A DNA stretch of 64,000 nucleotides from Eledone cirrhosa (Eukaryota), in contig OZ024765.1 in NCBI GenBank assembly GCA_964016885.1, positions 7,688,001-7,752,000 of the forward strand, in the 5' to 3' direction. The translations under genes were made by a program, and so were the position numbers. Position 1 is the stretch's first letter. Each line of letters starts with the position of its first letter. The notes beneath the pieces are model-generated. The model had not been told where the DNA came from. It made no database searches and worked only from the letters and a program-made list of their open reading frames with translations. This document shows, piece after piece, positions 14,938 to 27,735 of the stretch.

Positions 14938-15794
14938 TACATATATATATATATACATATACATACATATATATATATATACATGGTGGCTGCCAACTCG
15001 TTTTCGAGTACGGCCACTACGTTATATCCATGTAGGAGAACCCTGACCGACTTGAAAACTCTGGTACAAACACTACACTTGTGACAATTATTGACACATA
15101 GTGCTGGGCCCATGGTACCATGTGACGACAAGTGCAGAGAGATCTCCAGATATAAAGCAATGCCTGTGCCGGGAAGCTTTTATAGTGAGCAAAGGCACTG
15201 CACAAAGCCAGTCCCACTCTCTTAACCAAGATGATATTTACAAAAAGGAGAACAAGTCAACATCATTGGATACCATCAGGGTTGCAGGTGTTATATCAGA
15301 GTTTTCCTTCTCCTAGAATTTTGCCTTGACAAAGGCTAAGGGGTGATCTCTGCCGGGTATATATATGTATATATATATATACATACATATATACATACAT
15401 ACACATATATATCTATATACATATACATACATATATACATTCATATATATATAAATATATATTTATATATATATGTTGGTGCCACAACATCCAGTCCTAA
15501 ATAGATGAGGTTGTGTAGGTGTCACAACAAAAAAAAAACACACAGTCCACGCTGTAATGTGACCGTGTAGGTAACACGGTTAAAACCTCCCAGTCCACAC
15601 TGTAAACATGGTTGGTGTTAGGAAGGGCATCCAGCCGTAGAAAACCCGCCAAACAGTCCCATACGAGCAAGACAACCAATCTTGCTTCACGTGGGACAAT
15701 TCCCGTCTAAACCCATGCTAGCATGGAAGATGGATGTTAAACGACGATGATGATACATACATATATAAACACACTCACACACATATATACAATA

Positions 15795-16150
15795 ATAATA
15801 ATAAAAAGGATGATTTGTTATGTCTTCATTACATTTATTGAAGAATGCCGTGCATTTTGTTATTGATCAGCTGAAGGTTCGATCTGTATTGATCTAACCA
15901 AACTCATCGGACCTCTGCTGAGCTTTTGATTTCAGAGTTGGGCTAGATCAATACAGATCAAACCTTCAACTGATCAATAGCGAAACACACAGCACTCCTC
16001 AATAAATGTAATGAAGACATAACAAATCGTCCTTTTTATTATCATTTTATTTGCACTCTGCTTAGTACTACGCCTCTATACAGACTGGAAACTACACATC
16101 AAGTGCTCACTCTGGTGAACCTACAGAAACTGGACATTACATACCCTAGA
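15795..16150. mobile_element. diverged foldback insertion with degenerate hammerhead
   Basis: Arms ~15795-15905 and ~15935-16046. CCGATGA on the - strand of the left side, GAAAC on the + strand of the right arm. Confidence 0.6.
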
Positions 16151-16318
16151 TATATATATATATATATATATATAGTATACTAGGGAGAGGATCAGGGGTG
16201 TATAACACTCCACTTATCCAACAGGCAGTATAAGGTTAGCTCGATGTCTGAGGACAGAGCCGTGATATAATAAATAACAAAGAACGCCTATAGCATATGC
16301 ATATCTTTACTTGCTAAC

Positions 16319-16361
<43 letters not shown>

Positions 16362-16362
<1 letters not shown>

Positions 16363-17256
16363 TAGCAGTGATACCTGGCGTTGCACAGGATAAGGTATTT
16401 TGGAATGCGGGCCACCAACAGACCTAATCGTGGAAAAGCTGCATGCCTGGACAATATGTCAAGAAAATAAACCGAATACTCTGATGGCTGGATAATCTTT
16501 AAGATTTTCCTTGATGAAGCAGGAAAAATGCAGGTTTTCACCTAATGTGGGCCCTGGAGGATCAAGAAAATGAATATTTTTTATGTGCATAATATGCCTT
16601 GAAATTTCGGGAAAATCAGCTAGACGTAACACTTCCAAAAAGCTCTAAGAAGCTGAAAAAAATGAAGTTTTTCACCTAATGCGGGCCCTAGACCATAAGA
16701 AAGTTGGATTTTCTTTGCTCACGTTATGAAGAAGAGACTGACTAATACAGAGTTACAATTTCAAGGAAATCGGTCTGACGTAACGCCTCAAAAGACCCCT
16801 AAAAACCTGAAAAAAAACAGTTTTTCACCTAATGCGAGCCCTAGGAGATAAAAAAATTGAACACTCCCTGAAACATACGTAATACACATGTAAAGTTTGA
16901 AAAAAATCGGTTGGGTACTTCTTGAGTTTTAGGGATTCACACACACACGCAGACAGACATCCTCAGGGAAGTGACATAATGCAGGCAGCCAGACATACAG
17001 ACAGGTATTATAAGGGCGCGACGTTATATGTATGTATCTATCTAAAAAGAGAAAGACTAAGAATTATAGAGAGAGATCGCTAAATCGCCTAATGCGGTCC
17101 CTAGGGCATTGAAAATTTGAAATTTCTTTTGCTCAGAACACTCCCTGAAATATAAGTATTACATGTGTAAAGTTTGAAAACAGTCGGTTGGATGGTTCTC
17201 GAGTTTTAGGGATTCGAACTCACACAGACAGACATCCTCAGTTTTATATTTATAGA
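16362..17256 (-). mobile_element. non-autonomous Helitron-like element
   Basis: Minus strand starts TCTATAAATATAAAACTGAGGATGTCTGTCTG and ends cctgtgcaacgccagg (hairpin) ...CTAG followed by T. Confidence 0.65.
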
Positions 17257-17765
17257 CTAGCAAAAACCACGTGATGGGCAGTTTTCTGCTAGTCTATCTG
17301 TCTGTCTGTCAGCTCACTAAAACTTGAGAACCATCCAACCGATTGTTTTCAAACTTTAGACATGTAATACTTATGGCCCTGTGAGTGTTTTGAGCAAAAA
17401 TTATTTCAAATTTTCAATGCCCTAGAGACCGCATTAGGTGATTTATATATAAATATATAAATCTATATTCTTAGTCTTTCTTTTTAGATAGATACATACA
17501 TATAATGTCGCACCCTTATAATATCTGTCTGTATGTCTAGCTGTCTGCATTACGTCATTATGACGCGCTCAGTGTGTGTGTGTGTGTATATATATGTATC
17601 GTAATGTAGACAGCAAGACATAGCTCTCCTTCCCCTCTTCCAGCGTCTCTCTCTCTCTCTCTCCCTCCCGCTATCCCCCTCTTGTAGTCTGTCTCTTTCT
17701 TTCACTCTCACTCTCTCTACGCGTCGGACAGACAGACAGAGAAATTGCTGGTTATATATTATAAG

Positions 17766-18206
17766 GAAATATGTGAAAGAATCAGAACCCTGATGGCTGA
17801 ATTATTGCCGTTTCAACAGCTAGTTTGGAACTATCTGTTGAAACATCAAGAGCTTAGCCATTGGGACCCCAACTCCCTCATATTACCACACTCTACTACC
17901 CCATGTATTGAGTACTGTGATGAGTAATGGTTTAACAGGTTTTTACTTCATCTAATTTGATTTATATATATCCTGATGATGATATATTTATATATATTCC
18001 AATATATATCTCCCGGGTTCAATCAGGGGTAATTACAGTAAGGTACTCAATATACAGTAGAGTATATAATGGTTAATATAGAAATGGCTTCTACAGAACT
18101 AGAACTGTTTCATTCAAAGGAAATCATCAGGAAAGCCCTACAGAAAGTGCTTTTTTGATGATTTCCTTCAATTGAAACAGTTCTTGTCCTGTAGAAGCCA
18201 TTTGTA
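17766..18206. mobile_element. two adjacent foldback insertions, tail to tail
   Basis: Arms ~17766-17823/17830-17885 and ~18077-18136/18149-18206. Both tails carry the motif actctact..tattgagtac. Confidence 0.65.
18087..18136 (-). ncRNA. type I hammerhead ribozyme (variant inverted copy at 18149-18198, + strand)
   Basis: Minus strand reads gctttc-CTGATGA-tttcctttgaat-GAAA-cagttctagttctg-TA-gaagc. The + copy has TTGATGA. Confidence 0.7.
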
Positions 18207-18322
18207 TATATATATCATCATCATCATCATCATCATCAGGTTTAGCGTCCGTGTTCCACGCTTGCATGGGTTTGGACGGGGGTTTTCCCACTTGAGGCAA
18301 GAGTGGTTGTCTTGCTCGCATA

Positions 18323-18665
18323 GGACTGTCTGGCGGGTTTTCTACAGTTGGATGCCCTTCCTAACACCAACCACATTTACAGTGTGGGGCTGGGAGGTTT
18401 TTACCGTGTTGCCTACACGGCCACATTACAGCATGGACTGTCTGGCGGGTTTTCTACAGCTGGATGCCCTTCCTAACACCAACCACATTTACAGTGTGGG
18501 GCTGGGAGGTTTTTACCGTGTTGCCTACACGGCCACATTACAGCGTGGACTGTCTGGCGGGTTTTCTACAGCTGGATGCCCTTCCTAACACCAACCACAT
18601 TTACAGTGTGGGGCTGGGAGGTTTTTACCGTGTTGCCTACACGGCCACATTTACAGCGTGGACTG
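18323..18665. repeat. 112-bp x3 tandem repeat inside an RTE-tailed SINE
   Basis: Units start at 18323, 18435 and 18547. Confidence 0.9.
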
Positions 18666-19586
18666 TGTGTTTTTTTGTCGTGACACCTACACGATCTCAT
18701 TTGTTTCGGCCTGGATGTATATATATATATTATAACACCAACCACATTTACAGTGAGTACTGGGTGCTTTTAGTCGTGACACTGGTACGACCAGTTTACA
18801 GTGTAGGCTGGGTGCTTTTTGTTGTGTCGCCATCACAACCACTTTACTGTGTGGGCTGGGGGCTTTGGTAGTAAGGGAGTGTGGGGATTAGGGAGGTTTG
18901 TATATGGGTGTGTGTGTGTGACGGGCAGAGTGTTAGGACATGGAAGGTGTAACATCAGTGGCATGGAGAGGGGAGACTGGCATGCATAGGCAACTACTGG
19001 TCTACCACAAAAAACCTTACCTGGACTTGTGCCTTGGAGGGGAACTTTCTGGGTGCAAACCCCATGGTCATTTATGACTGAATAGGGTCTTTACATACCT
19101 ACTGTTTCCCATAGTAGTAAATGTATATTTCCAAATTAGATAGAGACCCCCTTCTATCATGAATGACCATAGGCTTTGAATCTAGAAAGTTCCCCCCCAA
19201 AGCACAAAGTCTGGGCAAGGTTTTTTGTAGAAGACCAGCAATCACCCATGCATATAACATCTCCCCTCTCCACACCACATAGTCTTACATGTACACCCTG
19301 TCTTACACACTCAGTTACTTATACATAGTCCTACACACACATATTCACTCTCACACACACACACACACACAGTTGCTTAAGCATAGTCTCTGTCACATTA
19401 CACACACACTCACACACATGAAGTCTCAATCACATAGCCGGACACACACTCTTACACACACACACACAGATATGACGGGCTGCTGCACTGTTTGCACCTA
19501 CCAATATGTCAATCCACATCCCCCCCCCAAAAGATAGACAGTGGGACTGAATCTAAAACCATGTGGTTACAAAGTGAATCCCTTAA

Positions 19587-19964
19587 CCCTTTAGCATTTA
19601 CATTATATATACTATTGTAGGGCAGTGGATTGGCAGTATCGGTAGAGGGTCAGACGCCATGCTTTGAAGCATAGAGTTACCTCCCTTTATGATCTGAGTT
19701 TAAATCCCGCCAAGGTTAACTTTGCCTTTCATCCTTATGCGGTCGATAAAATAAAGTACCAGTAATACACTGGGATAATTGCTGGCCTTGTGCCAAAAGT
19801 AGAAACAATTATATATACTGTTGTATTTTCGTGGCAAAGGCTTTATCTCACATAATATTGCGACAAATACCTTATCATAAGTATGAGCAGCCAGTTATGG
19901 CCGGTTTGAACAGAAAGAGGTGAGAGAATTCTGGCCATATCTGGCCGGTTTAAACACTAAGGGG
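19587..19964. mobile_element. TTAA-flanked piggyBac-like MITE interrupted by a SINE
   Basis: TTAA-ccctttagcattta...taaacactaagggg-TTAA. The SINE at 19620-19807 has an 18-bp TSD attatatatact(a/g)ttgta. Confidence 0.8.
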
Positions 19965-20433
19965 TTAACCACACAGCTGTATGTGTGTGTCTGTTGTAGA
20001 TTAAGGAAGAGAAATGTACTGCATGACCTGGTTTTAAAGGGGGCTGGGGTCCCCTCCTCTCTATAAAGAGAGAGAAATGTACTTGTATGTAGTAAAGGAA
20101 TCTTAAACATGAAATTGAGCTGGCCAAGAGAATATTAATTACATTGCCATCACCATCATTATCATTATCATCATCATCATCTCCAGCAGCTGTGTGCAGG
20201 TGTATGTGGGTATGCTTGGGAGTTATACGTGGGCGTCTGTGAGGTGTGTGGTTCTAGATCATATATATGTGTGTATGTGTAAATATATAAATAAATAAAT
20301 ATATGTAAACCCATGCTAGCGAGGGGGGGGGGAATAGCCGTTAAACGAAGATGATGATGATGATGATGATGATGATATATATATACAATTGATATTAAAT
20401 AAATGGAAACTATTTATAAAACCATATTTATTC

Positions 20434-20489
<56 letters not shown>

Positions 20490-20591
20490 ATATACATATG
20501 TATATATATATATATATATATCATCATCATCATCATCATCGTTTAATGTCCATCTTCCACGATGATGATGATATATATATATGTATGTGTG

Positions 20592-20622
<31 letters not shown>

Positions 20623-20999
20623 ATATATATATATATATATGTATGTGTGTATATATATATATATGTGTGTATATATATATATAATGTATGTGTGTATATA
20701 TATATATATATATGTATGTGTGTATATATATATCATCATCATCATCATCATCACCGTTTTACGTCCGTTCTTCCACGCTAGCATAGGTATGTGTGTATAT
20801 ATATATATATATGTGTGTGTATATATATATATGTATGTATGTATAAATATATGGATATATGGAGGCACATGGCTTAGTGGTTAGAGCATTGGCCTTGCAA
20901 TAGAAAGGTTGTGAGTTCAATTCTCAGACCAGGTGATGTGATGTTTCCTTGTGCAAGATACTTTATTACACATTGCTCCAGTTTACTCAGCTGTAGAAA

Positions 21000-22140
21000 T
21001 GCATCATACAACCGGCCTTTTGTACGCAGGGAGAAACCCTTCTTCGTCAACAGAGGAAGCAGCTCCCTAAACTTCTTCCAACCCGTCCTTATTCTAGATA
21101 CTATGACCTCGGAACACCCTCCTCCCATGCTAATCTGATCTCCTAGGTACCGGAAGCTATCCACTACTTCTATAGCGCCCTCCTGCATTTGAAAAATGTG
21201 TCTATCAATGCGACTTCTACTGTCTCATTTCCCTGTACATCTACTGCATACATATTTCTCCCTACCTGTTAGTTTGCCTGCTATCCCGCTACATCTCTTG
21301 TGTACCCAGGATCTGCATTGTGTGCATTTTATAGAATTTATGCCAGTTCCTTTTCTGCATATCGAACATGGCCATTTCCCTGACGGAATCAGAGTTTTGT
21401 CCTCTTTTCTACTCATCAACACTTTTGTCTTAGCTAGGTTCACTCTCAGTCCTCTTGCTTCCAACTGCTGTTTCCATAGCCAGAATTTATTCTCTAGCTC
21501 CTCTACTGATTCTGCTATAAGAACCAGATCGTCAGCATAGAGAAGTTCCCATGGACAGCCAGTCTTAAACTCCTCTATTATGGCTTGGAGGACTATAATG
21601 AACAAGAGCGGACTGAGGACCGAACCTTGATGTACTCTTACTTGTATCTGGAATTCCTCACTAAACTCCATTCCTACCCTGACTTTACTGAGAGTACCTC
21701 TGTACAAAGTTTGCACTGTCCTCACAAGCCATTCCTAACACCTAGCTTCCTTAGGGACCACCAGATGACAGATCGGGGTACCCTATCAAAGGCCTTCTCT
21801 AGGTCAACAAAGGCTTATTTTTCTCTAAGAACCTCTCTTGCAATTGTCTCACCAAGAAGAGGGCATCTGTTGTACTCTTCCCAGGCACAAAACCAAACTG
21901 CATTTCATCTAGTTTGACCCTTTCTCTAATTAGTTGTGCTAATATCCTTTCTGCCACTTTCATAACCTGATCCATCAGTTTTATACCCCTATAATTGCTC
22001 CTCTCCAGAGCATCCCCTTTACCTTTGTAGCAATTTATGAGAACACTGCATCATCCCGAACACATTTATCTCCAATAACATCCTGATTTGAAAATCTGGC
22101 AGAGCCCCATCTCCTCTCTGGGTCTGAATGCAGCAGATTT
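21000..22140 (-). pseudogene. degenerate RTE-clade LINE reverse transcriptase fragment with embedded Cys/His finger
   Basis: VHQGSVLSPLLF, ELLYADDL, CSIC..CTQC..WVHKRC..CSRC, VDSFRYLGD. Stops and frameshifts present. Confidence 0.9.
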
Positions 22141-22289
22141 CTTTCAAAGAAGGAGAGAAAGGAAGTGAGAAAGAGATTTTGAAGAAGAATCAACCCCAGT
22201 ATTTGACTGGTACTTATTTTTATTGACCTTGAAAGGATGAAAGGCAATGTTAACCATGGCTGGATTTGAACTTATTGATATCTTATGAT

Positions 22290-23592
22290 GAGAATGGCTA
22301 AAAATGATAGAAGAAAGAATGGCAATGAGAATGGCTAAAAATGATAGAAGAAAGAATGGCAATGAGAATGGCTAAAAATGATAGAAGAAAGAATGGCAAT
22401 GAGAATGGCTAAAAATGATAGAAGAAAGAATAGCAATGAGAATGGCTAAAAATGATAGAAGAAAGAATGGCAATGAGAATGGCTAAAAATGATAGAAGAA
22501 AGAATGGCAATGAGAATGGCTAAAAATGATAGAAGAAAGAATGGCAATGAGAATGGCTAAAAATGATAGAAGAAAGAATAGCAATGAGAATGGCTAAAAA
22601 TGATAGAAGAAAGAATGGCAATGAGAATGGCTAAAAATGATAGAAGAAAGAATGGCAATGAGAATGGCTAAAAATGATAGAAGAAAGAATAGCAATGAGA
22701 ATGGCTAAAAATGATAGAAGAAAGAATAGCAATGAGAATGGCTAAAAATGATAGAAGAAAGAATGGCAATGAGAATGGCTAAAAATGATAGAAGAAAGAA
22801 TAGCAATGAGAATGGCTAAAAATGATAGAAGAAAGAATAGCAATGAGAATGGCTAAAAATGATAGAAGAAAGAATGGCAATGAGAATGGCTAAAAATGAT
22901 AGAAGAAAGAATAGCAATGAGAATGGCTAAAAATGATAGAAGAAAGAATAGCAATGAGAATGGCTAAAAATGATAGAAGAAAGAATGGCAATGAGAATGG
23001 CTAAAAATGATAGAAGAAAGAATAGCAATGAGAATGGCTAAAAATGATAGAAGAAAGAATGGCAATGAGAATGGCTAAAAATGATAGAAGAAAGAATGGC
23101 AATGAGAATGGCTAAAAATAATAGAAGAAAGAATAGCAATGAGAATGGCTAAAAATGATAGAAGAAAGAATAGCAATGAGAATGGCTAAAAATGATAGAA
23201 GAAAGAATGGCAATGAGAATGGCTAAAAATGATAGAAGAAAGAATAGCAATGAGAATGGCTAAAAATGATAGAAGAAAGAATAGCAATGAGAATGGCTAA
23301 AAATGATAGAAGAAAGAATAGCAATGAGAATGGCTAAAAATGATAGAAGAAAGAATAGCAATGAGAATGGCTAAAAATGATAGAAGAAAGAATGGCAATG
23401 AGAATGGCTAAAAATGATAGAAGAAAGAATGGCAATGAGAATGGCTAAAAATGATAGAAGAAAGAATGGCAATGAGAATGGCTAAAAATGATAGAAGAAA
23501 GAATGGCAATGAGAATGGCTAAAAATGATAGAAGAAAGAATGGCAATGAGAATGGCTAAAAATGATAGAAGAAAGAATGGCAATGAGAATGG
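22290..23592. repeat. 37-bp satellite x~35 (gagaatggctaaaaatgatagaagaaagaatRgcaat)
   Basis: Exact 37-bp period. Runs into an RTE-like remnant (GMRWFGHVLRK) at 23592-23880. Confidence 0.95.
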
Positions 23593-23899
23593 TCTGGTGG
23601 ATGAGTGGAAGACAAACAATGAATTGCAAAGGATGGGAATAGAGCCAGCCACGAATATTGTGAACAGAAATGGAATGAGATGGTTTGGTCACGTGTTGAG
23701 GAAGGATGAAAGTAACTGAGTGAACGGAACGATGAGAATAGAGCCAGCTATGAATGTTGTGAATAAAAATGGAATGAGAAGGTTTAGTCATGTGTTGAGG
23801 AAGGATGATAGTAACTGACTGAGAGGAGGGATGGGGAATAGAACCGAGATAAAAGTGGTGAAGAGAAATGGAATGAGATGGTTTTGCCCCTTAAAATCT

Positions 23900-24410
23900 T
23901 TCAAGTTATTTTTCGTAAGACATTCTAACCACGTCTGTAGTATCTGAATTGTTCGATTTGGAGAAGTTACGACTCTCTGATCTCCAAAGTACACACCCTA
24001 TCGTGTAATGTTACTCCTGAGACCCTTCAGAGGAGTCCCATTTTGGCTGCTTGTATTCTTTTGGTCATTACCCAAGGTTCATGATCCTAGGTAAGGGTTG
24101 GCATGAATACCGAATTGAAGATAGTGAGTTTGGCTTTTACACCTACCTCTTTCTTCTGATTACTGAGTGCTGAAGCTGGTGCATTACTGCATCACCTCCT
24201 GCAATGTTTGCATTTAACTACATATCCATAGTATTAGGGCTCGTGTATTACTGCGGCAGCTCCTGCAATTCTTGCAGTTAATTGAGCCTCTTGCCTTTTA
24301 ACACTCATGAAAATGGCCCCAAGAACTTGAACTTCTCTACCTGCTTCTGTGGAACTTTGTTCATATGCAGAGTATATTGTGCAGGCTTCCTTGAGAGGAT
24401 ACTTGTCCTC
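23900..24410 (-). pseudogene. RTE LINE ORF fragment
   Basis: Degenerate translation includes QVEKFKFLG and KAKLTIFNSVFMPTLT. Confidence 0.65.
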
Positions 24411-24589
24411 TCAAGGATAACCATCTTAAATAAAATTATGAGAAATTAATAGATGGATAGCTAAATAGATAGATAGAAGGGATTAGATAGATTTATAGAT
24501 AGAGAGTAACATAGATAGAAGATAAATAGAGATGGGTGAAGATTATAATAATACTATTTATAGTTATGTATATAGTATAAACAACTATA

Positions 24590-25001
24590 AACAGGAAGGT
24601 CAGTAATTTCTTATTACCTTATTACCAGTAAGAGAAATAGCTCAATGTATGAACATCAGTTGTTTTACAGAGCAGGAAAATAAATAAATTATACAATTAT
24701 CAAAGTTGTGTTCAAATCATCAATAGCTGACAATCGTTTCTTCCAAACTCACGTTTGGAGTCATCGGAGCATTATCAATGTTTGCACATATAATTAACCT
24801 CCTATTCAACTGAACAATAAAATTGATGTTGCTAACAACATCAATTTATATGTATCTATATTATTGTTCAGTTGAATAGGAGGTTAATTATATGTGCAAA
24901 CATTGATAATGCTTTGAGGACTCCATACGTGAGTTTGGAAGAAACGATTGTCAGCTATTAAATGATTTGAACACAACTTTGATAACTGCATAATTTATTT
25001 A
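24590..25001. mobile_element. foldback insertion with a hammerhead in each arm
   Basis: ~140-bp arms 24681-24820 and 24861-25001, small hairpin in the loop, tail on the left, TA tract on the right. Confidence 0.72.
24911..24955 (+). ncRNA. hammerhead ribozyme with one core change (partner copy at 24726-24770, - strand)
   Basis: gct-TTGAGGA-ctccatacgtgagtttggaa-GAAA-cgattg-TC-agc. The opposite arm reads CCGATGA, so the inferred ancestor is CTGANGA with a GUGA-looped stem II. Confidence 0.7.
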
Positions 25002-25915
25002 TTTATATATATATATATATATAATATATATATATATATCGCTCTGATCGATATATATATCTAAATATAAGTATGTATACGTACATACATATATGTGTAC
25101 GTATACATACTTATATTTAGGTATCAGCCGTACTAAGAGTGAGAAATGAAATTTCGTTTCATTCTTTTCGATATATATATATATATCTATATATATATAT
25201 ACACACACGCACACATGTATATTTATATAAATATATGTGTGTATGTGTGTATATGTATATATATATGTGTATGTAAATATAAATATATATATATATGTAC
25301 ACATATACACTCACACATATATATATATGTATGTAGATGAAGCGGTAGACGGGCACCAAGAGAAGATTTGAGAACATTTAATATTCCTTGAGACCTTAGA
25401 TATTCTCTTCCCCTCCCCCTTCCAATCTTTCTGACAGTCCAAGCATAGCCTATGTGTGTGACAGACGGACAGAATTGTCTCCCTTTATAACCCATGTTCC
25501 TTGTTATTGTCAGAAAGAACTCTTCTTAGTTGAGACAAAAATCACCATTCCTTTTTTCAGATTGAAGATAAAGTCCAAAATATCACTCAGCAATCCAAAA
25601 ACATTTGCAGGTAGCAACCTGTTGACTATTTAGCTTGCATTTATTATTGAATTTAAAAAAATTTAATTAATTAATTTATTTATTTAATTATTTATTCATT
25701 TAAAAATGTTGTTTCTTATTTTTTTCTCATTCTTTTTTTACCGAAATCCTTCTTGATAGTAGTCACTGATCTGTTGACAGTGTTGTTGTTGTTGTTTTTT
25801 TGCATGCCCTTATTATTTTTCTTCTTTTGTAGAAATGTTTCGATAGCCAAAAACCTTGTTGGTTCCTGCTTGTTGAATTTATTTATTTCATGAATGACAA
25901 AACATTTAAAAAAAC

Positions 25916-25978
<63 letters not shown>

Positions 25979-26026
25979 AAAAAAAAATTAATTCTTTGAC
26001 CATTACTTTGACTATTATTATTATTA

Positions 26027-26067
<41 letters not shown>

Positions 26068-26575
26068 GAGGGCGGTGGATTGGCAGAATCAGTAGAGTGT
26101 TGGACAACATGCTTTGCAGTATAGAGTTACGAACCTTTATGTTCTGAGTTCTAATCTCGCCGAGGTTAACTTTGCCTTTCATCCTTACGGGGTCGATAAA
26201 ATAAAGTACCAGTAACGTACTGGGGTCAATTTAATTGACTTTCCCCTCCCCCAAAATTACTGGCCTTGTGCCTATACTAGAAACCATAACATACTGGGGT
26301 CGATTTAATCGACTTTTCCTTCCCCCCCGAAAAATTGTTGGCCTTCTGTCTAAAGTAGAAACCATTAACTTTGCCTTTCATCCTTACGAAGTCAATAAAA
26401 TAAAGTACCAGTAATGCACTGGGATAATTGCTGGCCTTGTGCCAAAAGTAGAAACAATTATTATTATTATTGTCATTACTATTACTCATATACTTATATA
26501 TAGTTACCTATGTATATATATATATAATATATGTGGGTGTATATATAATATATGTGTATATATATAATATATGTG

Positions 26576-26632
<57 letters not shown>

Positions 26633-26673
26633 AAGAACACAAGAGCGTCTACAACATCAAAAGATTTTTATTG

Positions 26674-26720
26674 GCTAACAATGTTTCTTCCATACGTGTA
26701 ACTGTAGGATTCATCAGAGC
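26674..26720 (-). ncRNA. minimal type I hammerhead ribozyme
   Basis: Minus strand reads gct-CTGATGA-atcctacagttacacgtatggaa-GAAA-cattg-TT-agc. Flank acatcaaaag(a)tttttatt is shared with the 14098 element. Confidence 0.78.
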
Positions 26721-26742
26721 TATAACTCCTACTAACCTAAGT

Positions 26743-26796
<54 letters not shown>

Positions 26797-27022
26797 ATAA
26801 AGATCGGAATTAAGAGTATTCTGCAGTTCACTGTAATAATAATAATAGTATTAGCTCAAAGAAGAATAGATACTTATATATATATATACTTATATATATA
26901 TTTATATATATATATACTTATATATATATATACTTATATATATACTTATATATATATATACTTATATATATACTTATATATATATATACTTATATATATG
27001 TATATACTTATATATATATATA

Positions 27023-27091
<69 letters not shown>

Positions 27092-27194
27092 TTATATATA
27101 TATATATACTTATATATATATATATACTTATATATATATACTTATATATATATATATATATATATATACTTATATATATATATATACTTATATA

Positions 27195-27253
<59 letters not shown>

Positions 27254-27344
27254 TTATATATATATATATACTTATATATATATATATATATACGCATATA
27301 TATATATATATATATATATACGCATATATATATATATATATATA

Positions 27345-27376
<32 letters not shown>

Positions 27377-27394
27377 CGCATATATATATATATA

Positions 27395-27443
<49 letters not shown>

Positions 27444-27450
27444 GCATATA

Positions 27451-27487
<37 letters not shown>

Positions 27488-27505
27488 GCATATATATATA
27501 TGTAT

Positions 27506-27700
27506 AACACGAAGGAAATGTGGTAAGGAACCAGGTGGACCATAACGCACCAAAGTACTCAATACTTAGGGTAGTAGAGTGGGTAATAGGAACAAGTAAG
27601 ACCCCGACGGCCGAGCTCAAGCCGTTTCGACAGCTAATTCTGACAGAATTAGCCGTCGAAACGGCTTGAGCTCAGCCGTCGGGGTCTTACTTGTTCCTAT
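27506..27700. mobile_element. palindromic insertion with the 3' half of a hammerhead
   Basis: Near-perfect palindrome 27586-27700 centred on 27643. Contains GAAACGGCT-tgagctc-AGCCGTC (stem III plus GUC). Tail homologous to 17885-17960. Confidence 0.7.
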
Positions 27701-27735
27701 ATATATATATATATATATATATACTTATATATATA

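Noticed and set aside
16238-16262. CTGAGGA in a TA-flanked insert
   Set aside because: No stem II or GAAA follows; more likely a tail-only fragment.
22290-23592. CRISPR-like 37-bp repeats (also the 29-bp array at 42604)
   Set aside because: No unique spacers, eukaryotic context, no cas genes.
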